From contig CAUVXB020000002.1 in NCBI GenBank assembly GCA_963555825.3, positions 2,816,001-2,880,000 of the forward strand: a stretch of 64,000 nucleotides of DNA, given 5' to 3'. The notes below the pieces were generated by a model. That model worked only from the letters and a program-made list of their open reading frames with translations. It was not told the DNA's origin and made no database searches. Below, in pieces: positions 57,806 through 64,000 of the stretch; position 1 is the stretch's first letter; each line of letters begins with the position of its first letter. This stretch comes from Alphaproteobacteria bacterium (GTDB lineage: Bacteria > Pseudomonadota > Alphaproteobacteria > JAAXGF01). The translations under genes were made by a program, and so were the position numbers.

Positions 57806-59821
57806 ATGAGCGCCAGCTGGCAGGTCGGCGTCGATATCGGCGGCACTTTCACCGACATCGTCGCGGTCGATGCGGCGGGCGGCGCCCTGCGCGAGGCCAA
57901 GGTCAAGAGCGACGCCGGCGAACCCGAGGCGAGCCTCGACGCCGCGCTGGCCGCGGTCGGGCTCGACTGGGATGCGGTCGACGACCTGATGCACGGCACC
58001 ACGCTGGCGACCAACGCGATCGTCCAGGACCGCCTGGCGCCGGTCGCCCTGATCGCCACCGAGGGCTTCGGCGACGTGCTCGCCATCGGGCGCCAGAACC
58101 GGCGCGAGCTCTACCGGCTCGATGTCCCGCCCAAGCTGCCGCCCCTGGTGCCCGAGGCGCTACGACTCGAGGTGCGCGAGCGGGTCGACGGCGACGGCGG
58201 TGTCAGCATCGCGCTCGGCGACGACGAGGCCGTCCGCGTCGCCGAGGCGCTCGCCGCGCTCGGCGTCGACGCCGTCGCGATCGCCCTGCTCAACGCCTAT
58301 GCCAACCCGGTGCACGAGAAGGCGCTGGCGGCGCGGCTCGACGGCGCGGTGCGGCACGTCGCGCTGTCGCACCAGGTCAACCCGGAAGCGCGCGAGTTCG
58401 AGCGGACCAGTGCGACGGTGCTCAACGCGGCGCTGATGCCGGTGACCGGGGTCTACCTGGACAAGCTTCTCGAGCGCGCTGGCAACCGCACGCGGCTGCA
58501 CCTGTTCCACTCGGCCGGCGGAATGGCCTCGTCCGAAGCGATGCGCGACCGGCCGCTGGCGCTTGCCCTTTCGGGACCGGCCGCCGGTGTCGCGGCGGCC
58601 GGCCGCGCGGCGCGCGAGCTGGCCATCGATCACGCCATCAGCTTCGACATGGGCGGCACGACCACCGACGTCTGCCTGATCGTCGGCGGTAAGGCGCAGA
58701 TCTCGAGCGAACGCACGCTGGCCGGCCGGCCGATGCGCCAGCCGATGGTCGCGGTCGAGTCGATCGGCGCGGGCGGCGGCTCGATCGCGCGCGTCGACGG
58801 CAGCGCGATCCGCGTTGGACCCGAGAGCGCCGGCGCCGATCCCGGACCGGCGTCCTACGGCCAGGGTGGCTTGGACGCCACGGTGAGCGACGCCAACCTG
58901 CTGCTCGGCTATCTGGCCGACGACCGCGTCTTGGGCGGCACCGTGCGGCTCGACCGCGCGCTCGCCGAACGCGCGGTCGGCGCCATCGCGACGGCGTTCG
59001 GCGTCGGCGTCGACGAAGCGGCGCTCGGTATCTACCGTATCGCCAACGCCAACATGGCGCGCGCGCTCCGACGGGTGACCGTCGAGCAAGGCGTCGACGC
59101 GCGCCGCTGCGCGCTGGTTGCCTTCGGCGGCGCCGGACCGATGCACGCCATCGCGCTGGCCCGCGAATGCGGCATCGAACGCGTCGTCGTGCCGCGTTCG
59201 TCCTCGGTCTTTTCGGCGCTCGGCTGTCTGTCGGCCGATCTGAGCTATGCTCAGCAGCAGACCGTGCATATGGCGAGCGGCGGCTGGGACGCGGCCCGTC
59301 TGGCGGACTTGCGCGACCCGCTGGTCGAGCGTCTCACGGCGCCGCTGCTCGCCGCCGGCCACGACGCCGGCGCGCTGACCGTCGGCGACGTCGCCATGGT
59401 GCGCTACGCCGGCCAGAGCTATGCCGTCGAGGTGCCCTATGCGGCGCCCGCCGAGCCCGAACGCCTGGGTGCCGATTTTCGCGCTGCGCACCGCGTGCTC
59501 TACGGTTTCGACACCGAGGAGGCGTGGGAGCTCGAGGCGATCCGGGTCACCGTCGCGGCGCCGCCGCGCCAATCGCGCGACGACACACCGGCGCCGAGCG
59601 GCGGTACCGCGACGCCGCATGCCACCGCGCCGTGCCTGTTCGAGGACGGCGGCTGGGTCGAGACGCCGCGCTACGGCCGCGAGGCGCTCGGCATTGACCA
59701 ACGCATCGCCGGCCCGGCGATCATTGAGGACGAATGGTCGACCGTCGTCGTCGATGCGTGCGCGACCGCCTGGGCCGACGCCCTGGGCCATCTGCACATC
59801 GACGTGGCGGGCGCGTCATGA
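57806..59821 (+). CDS. Hydantoinase A / 5-oxoprolinase ATPase subunit
   Basis: DIGGTFTD, HGTT.ATN, SGPAAG, DMGGTTTD and GAGGGS motifs. Confidence 0.94.
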   Translation: MSASWQVGVDIGGTFTDIVAVDAAGGALREAKVKSDAGEPEASLDAALAAVGLDWDAVDDLMHGTTLATNAIVQDRLAPVALIATEGFGDVLAIGRQNRRELYRLDVPPKLPPLVPEALRLEVRERVDGDGGVSIALGDDEAVRVAEALAALGVDAVAIALLNAYANPVHEKALAARLDGAVRHVALSHQVNPEAREFERTSATVLNAALMPVTGVYLDKLLERAGNRTRLHLFHSAGGMASSEAMRDRPLALALSGPAAGVAAAGRAARELAIDHAISFDMGGTTTDVCLIVGGKAQISSERTLAGRPMRQPMVAVESIGAGGGSIARVDGSAIRVGPESAGADPGPASYGQGGLDATVSDANLLLGYLADDRVLGGTVRLDRALAERAVGAIATAFGVGVDEAALGIYRIANANMARALRRVTVEQGVDARRCALVAFGGAGPMHAIALARECGIERVVVPRSSSVFSALGCLSADLSYAQQQTVHMASGGWDAARLADLRDPLVERLTAPLLAAGHDAGALTVGDVAMVRYAGQSYAVEVPYAAPAEPERLGADFRAAHRVLYGFDTEEAWELEAIRVTVAAPPRQSRDDTPAPSGGTATPHATAPCLFEDGGWVETPRYGREALGIDQRIAGPAIIEDEWSTVVVDACATAWADALGHLHIDVAGAS

Positions 59822-61404
59822 CGGCAACCGTCGATCCCTTCACCGTCGAGGTGATCCGCAACGCGCTGACCGCGATCGCCGAGGAGATGTCGGCCGTCGT
59901 CATGCGCTCGGCGCGCTCGCCGCTGCTGCGTGAGGCCGGCGATCTGTCCTCGGCGCTGACCGACGCCTCGGGCGAATTGATCGCCCAGGGCCGCGACATC
60001 CCGGTCCATCTCGGCGTCATGCCGGCGACGGTCAAGGCCTTCCTGGCGCGCGTCACGGCGGCGCGTCTCGCGCCCGGCGACGTTTGGCTGCTCAACCTGC
60101 CCGAGGTCGGCGGCAACCATCTGCCCGACGTCAAGGCGATCCGCCCGGTGTTCCGCGACGGCGCGCTCGAGGCGTTCGCCGTCAGTCTGGCGCACTGGGC
60201 CGACGTCGGCGGCGCCATCCCGGGCAGCTATGTGCCGGGCGCCACCGACGCCTGGCAGGAGGGCCTGCGCATTTCACCGCTCCGCGTCTTCACCGCCGAT
60301 GGCCCCGACCAAGAGAAGCTCGATTTCGTGCTCGCCAACGTGCGCGGCGCCGACGAGCGCATGGGCGATATCCTGGCCCAGATGGCGGCGACGCGCACCG
60401 CCGAGCAGCGCCTCGGCGAGCTCTACGACCGCTTCGGCGCGGCGACGCTGCACGATGCCATCGAGGCGCTCAACGACCAGTCCGAGGCACAGACGCGCGC
60501 CGCGCTCGCCGCGCTGCCCGACGGCGTCTACCAGGGCGAGGACTGGCTCGACGACGACGGCTCGGGCGGACCGCGGGCCGCCATCCGCGTGCGCGTCACG
60601 CTCGGCGGCGGCGAGGCGACCTTCGATTTCTCGGACTCGAACGACGCCGTGCCCGGGCCGGTCAACACCACCAAATATGCGACCGCCGCGTCGGTCTACT
60701 ACGCGGTCAAGGCGCTCGCCGCGCCCGATGTGCCGCCCAACGCCGGTTGCTACCGCCCGATCACGGTGATCACCCGGCCGGGCTCGATCCTCGAGGCGCC
60801 GGTCGACCGGCCCGTGGTCGGCGGCAACCACGAGACCGCGCAACGCGTCGTCGACGCCATCGTGCTAGCGCTCGAGCACGCGATCCCCGAACGGCTGACG
60901 GCGGGCGGGCCGACCACCTCGGGGCTCCTGCTGTTCAGCGGGCCGCACCCGCGCGACGGCCGATGGACGACGTTCTACGAGCCGCACGGCGGCGGCGAGG
61001 GCGCACGCGCCGACCGCGACGGCATGGACGTCGTGCGCATGCATATGTCGAACGTCATGAACACGCCGGCCGAGATCGTCGAGACCGAATACCCGCTGCG
61101 CGTCGAGCGCCAGGCGCTGCGCCGCGGCTCGGGTGGCGCCGGCCGCCATCGCGGTGGCGACGGCCTGGTGCGTGCCTACCGCGTCACCGGCGACGGCGTC
61201 GCGCTGACGACGATGGTCGAGCGCCGCGTAGTGCCGCCTTACGGTCTTCAAGGCGGCGAGCCCGCGGCGCCCTATCGGATCACGCTGGAGCGCGCGACCG
61301 GCGAGCGCGAGGATCTGCCGGGCAAGATACACATCAAGCTCGCCAAGGGCGACCTCGTCACCATCGAGACCTGCGGCGGCGGCGGCTACGGCGCCGCGGT
61401 GTAG
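59818..61404 (+). CDS. Hydantoinase B / 5-oxoprolinase subunit
   Basis: RSARSP, PVH, GGNHLPD, HWADVGG..PGS, NTPAE..E and GGGGYG motifs. Confidence 0.94.
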   Translation: MTATVDPFTVEVIRNALTAIAEEMSAVVMRSARSPLLREAGDLSSALTDASGELIAQGRDIPVHLGVMPATVKAFLARVTAARLAPGDVWLLNLPEVGGNHLPDVKAIRPVFRDGALEAFAVSLAHWADVGGAIPGSYVPGATDAWQEGLRISPLRVFTADGPDQEKLDFVLANVRGADERMGDILAQMAATRTAEQRLGELYDRFGAATLHDAIEALNDQSEAQTRAALAALPDGVYQGEDWLDDDGSGGPRAAIRVRVTLGGGEATFDFSDSNDAVPGPVNTTKYATAASVYYAVKALAAPDVPPNAGCYRPITVITRPGSILEAPVDRPVVGGNHETAQRVVDAIVLALEHAIPERLTAGGPTTSGLLLFSGPHPRDGRWTTFYEPHGGGEGARADRDGMDVVRMHMSNVMNTPAEIVETEYPLRVERQALRRGSGGAGRHRGGDGLVRAYRVTGDGVALTTMVERRVVPPYGLQGGEPAAPYRITLERATGEREDLPGKIHIKLAKGDLVTIETCGGGGYGAAV

Positions 61405-61425
61405 GCAAAGGGGAGGGACCGCGAC

Positions 61426-62208
61426 ATGAAGCTCGAAGGCAGGAAGGCGATCGTCACCGGCGGCGCCAAGGGCATGGGCGCGGCGATCAGCCTGACGCTG
61501 GCGCGCGAGGGCGCCGATTTGCTGCTCACCGCGCGCGACACCGACGCGCTCGACGCCGTCGCGGCCGAAGCGCGGGCGTTGGGCCGCGCCGTCGAGGTCG
61601 TCGCCTGCGACGTCACCGACGAGGCCCAGGTCGCGGCGATGACCGATCGCGCGCGCGAGGCGTTCGGCGGGCGCATCGACATCCTGGTCAACGTCGCCGG
61701 CGTCACCGGGCCGATCGAGACGCCGGTCCAGGACATCGCCGTCGAGGATTTCGACCACGTCATCACGTCGAACGTCCGTGGCACCTTCCTGCCGATCAAG
61801 CACGTCATGCCGACGATGATCGCCCAGCGCTACGGCAAGATCGTCAACATCGGCGGTTCGTCGGGCCTGCGCGGCTACAAGTTCCGCACCGCGTACTCGT
61901 CGTCGAAATGGGCGATCCGTGGACTGACCCGCACCATCGCGCTCGAGGCCGGGCCGCACAACGTCAACGTCAACGTCGTCTGCCCGGGCATCGTCGAGAC
62001 GCCGCGCATGCAGAAACTCGTCGTCGAGAAGGCGCGGGTGCGCGGCTGGACCGAGGACGCGGTCTACGCGGAATACGTCGAGGAGATGGCGCTCAAGCGC
62101 GTCACGACGCCCGAAGACATCGCCAACGCCGTCTTGTTCATGGCGAGCGACGACAGCCGGAACATGACCGGCAAGGAAATCGCCGTCGATGGCGGCTGGG
62201 ACGTCTGA
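61426..62208 (+). CDS. SDR-family oxidoreductase
   Basis: TGGAKGMG, NVAG and YSSSK motifs. Confidence 0.94.
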   Translation: MKLEGRKAIVTGGAKGMGAAISLTLAREGADLLLTARDTDALDAVAAEARALGRAVEVVACDVTDEAQVAAMTDRAREAFGGRIDILVNVAGVTGPIETPVQDIAVEDFDHVITSNVRGTFLPIKHVMPTMIAQRYGKIVNIGGSSGLRGYKFRTAYSSSKWAIRGLTRTIALEAGPHNVNVNVVCPGIVETPRMQKLVVEKARVRGWTEDAVYAEYVEEMALKRVTTPEDIANAVLFMASDDSRNMTGKEIAVDGGWDV

Positions 62209-62230
62209 GCGAGAGAGAGGAGACGACGCC

Positions 62231-63099
62231 ATGCTGCCGGCATTCGACCTGACTATTCCGACCAGCCTGGAGGCGGCGCTCGGCGCGCTCGGCGACGGCG
62301 CCGCGCCGCTCGCCGGCGGCACCAACCTGCTGGTCGACCTGCGTGGCGGAACGGACATACCGCCACGTCTGGTCGGTCTCGACCGGCTGGCCGGGCTGCG
62401 CCGCATCGACACCGCCGGCGGCCGCGTGGCGCTCGGCGCGCTGACCACGATTACCGATGTCCTGCGGCACCCCGAAATGCCGGTGCTCGGCCCGTCGATG
62501 GTGGCGAGCGCCCGCCTTTTCGGTGGTCAGATGGTGCGCAACACGGCGACCGTCGCCGGCAACGTCGCTTACGGCTCGCCGGCTGCCGACATGATGCCGC
62601 CGCTGCTCTCGCTCGACGCCGAGGTGACGCTGACTAGCGCACGGGGGTCGCGAAGCATGCCGCTCGACGGCCTGTTCACCGGCTTCAAGGAGAGCGTCCG
62701 CGAGTCCGACGAACTGATCACCAAGATCGCCTGGCCGACGCCGGCGGCCAACAGCGTCAACCTGTTCTACAAGCTGGGCCTGCGCAAGGGCGACGCGATC
62801 AGCATCGTCTGCCTGGCGGTGACGATCGTCGCCGCGGACGGCGCCTGTACCAGTGCCCGCATCGCGCTGGGCGCCGTCGCGCCGACCGTGATCCGCGCAA
62901 ACGCGGCCGAGGATATGCTGGTCGGTCAGGGACTGACGCCCGCGCTGATCGATGCGGCCGCGAGGCGCGCGGCCGAGGAATGCAGCCCGATCGACGACAT
63001 TCGCGCTTCCGCCGGCTACCGCCGTCACCTGGTTCATATGCTGACCCGCCGCCTGGTCGGCCAGGCGTGGAGCCGACTCAACGCAACGGGAGGTGCGTC

Positions 63100-63103
<4 letters not shown>
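62231..63103 (+). CDS. Xanthine dehydrogenase family FAD subunit (CoxM-like)
   Basis: AGGTNL, RNTATVAGN..GSPAAD and PIDDIRASAGYR motifs. Confidence 0.92.
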
Positions 63104-63584
<481 letters not shown>

Positions 63585-63588
<4 letters not shown>

Positions 63589-64000
63589 CCGACACGACCG
63601 ATGCCCTGGGCGGCGCCAACATCCAGTTCCGCCAGGTCGGCCGGCCGCTGGTGCGCACCGACGCGCCGGGCAAGACCTTCGGCGCGACGCCCTATGCCGG
63701 CGACTACGTCATGCCCAACATGCTGCACGCCCAGGTGCTGCGCAGCACGTTGGCGAGCGCGCGCCTCAAGCGGCTCGACGCGGATAAGGCGCGGGCGCTC
63801 GACGGCGTCGTCGCCGTCGTCACCGGCGTCGACCTGCCCGACCGGCTGCTGCCGACCGACATACCCGGCCAGACCGGACAGGCGCGGCTCGCCACCGACA
63901 GCCAGATACTGGTGCACGAACGAGTGCGCTACCACGGCGAGCCGCTCGCGCTGGTCGCCGCCGAGACGCCGGCGCGCGCCGCCGAGGCCTGCGCGCTGAT
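63585..64000 (+). CDS. Xanthine dehydrogenase family molybdopterin subunit (CoxL-like), partial
   Basis: Manual translation VGRPLVRTDAPGK..G...YAGD....MLHAQVLRS...VRYHGEPLALVAAET; the frame runs off the edge. Confidence 0.9.

Overview
This window has two parts and looks like a high-GC alphaproteobacterial genome (taxon inferred from gene content). Bases 1 to about 25 kb form an IS-saturated accessory island. It holds three near-identical IS21 copies, two IS256 copies, two IS110/IS1111-type elements, an IS1182-like element, IS1182, IS6 and ISNCY(IS1202) remnants, a MOBF relaxase-helicase with a candidate oriT, a decapitated RelE/XRE toxin-antitoxin pair, a secreted C1q-like protein and several truncated host genes. 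Bases from about 26.6 to 64 kb are catabolic chromosome: D-amino-acid enzymes, dtd, two flavin oxidoreductases, two Rieske oxygenases, the DMSP lyase dddP, a GMC oxidoreductase, an FGGY kinase paired with an S1P-lyase-like enzyme, a pentapeptide membrane protein, typA, hydantoinase A/B and a xanthine-dehydrogenase-family operon. Three signals stand out. (1) Both IS110 elements carry homologous 3' non-coding regions whose variable segments match each element's own insertion site and ends, as in bridge/seek RNAs, and one is programmed against IS21 istA. (2) The IS1182-like element sits at the same register inside IS256 terminal repeats on both sides, which suggests it targets the ends of another IS. 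(3) A four-copy structured intergenic repeat shows covarying stems and swappable hairpin inserts. All calls come from reading motifs by eye; no database searches were run.
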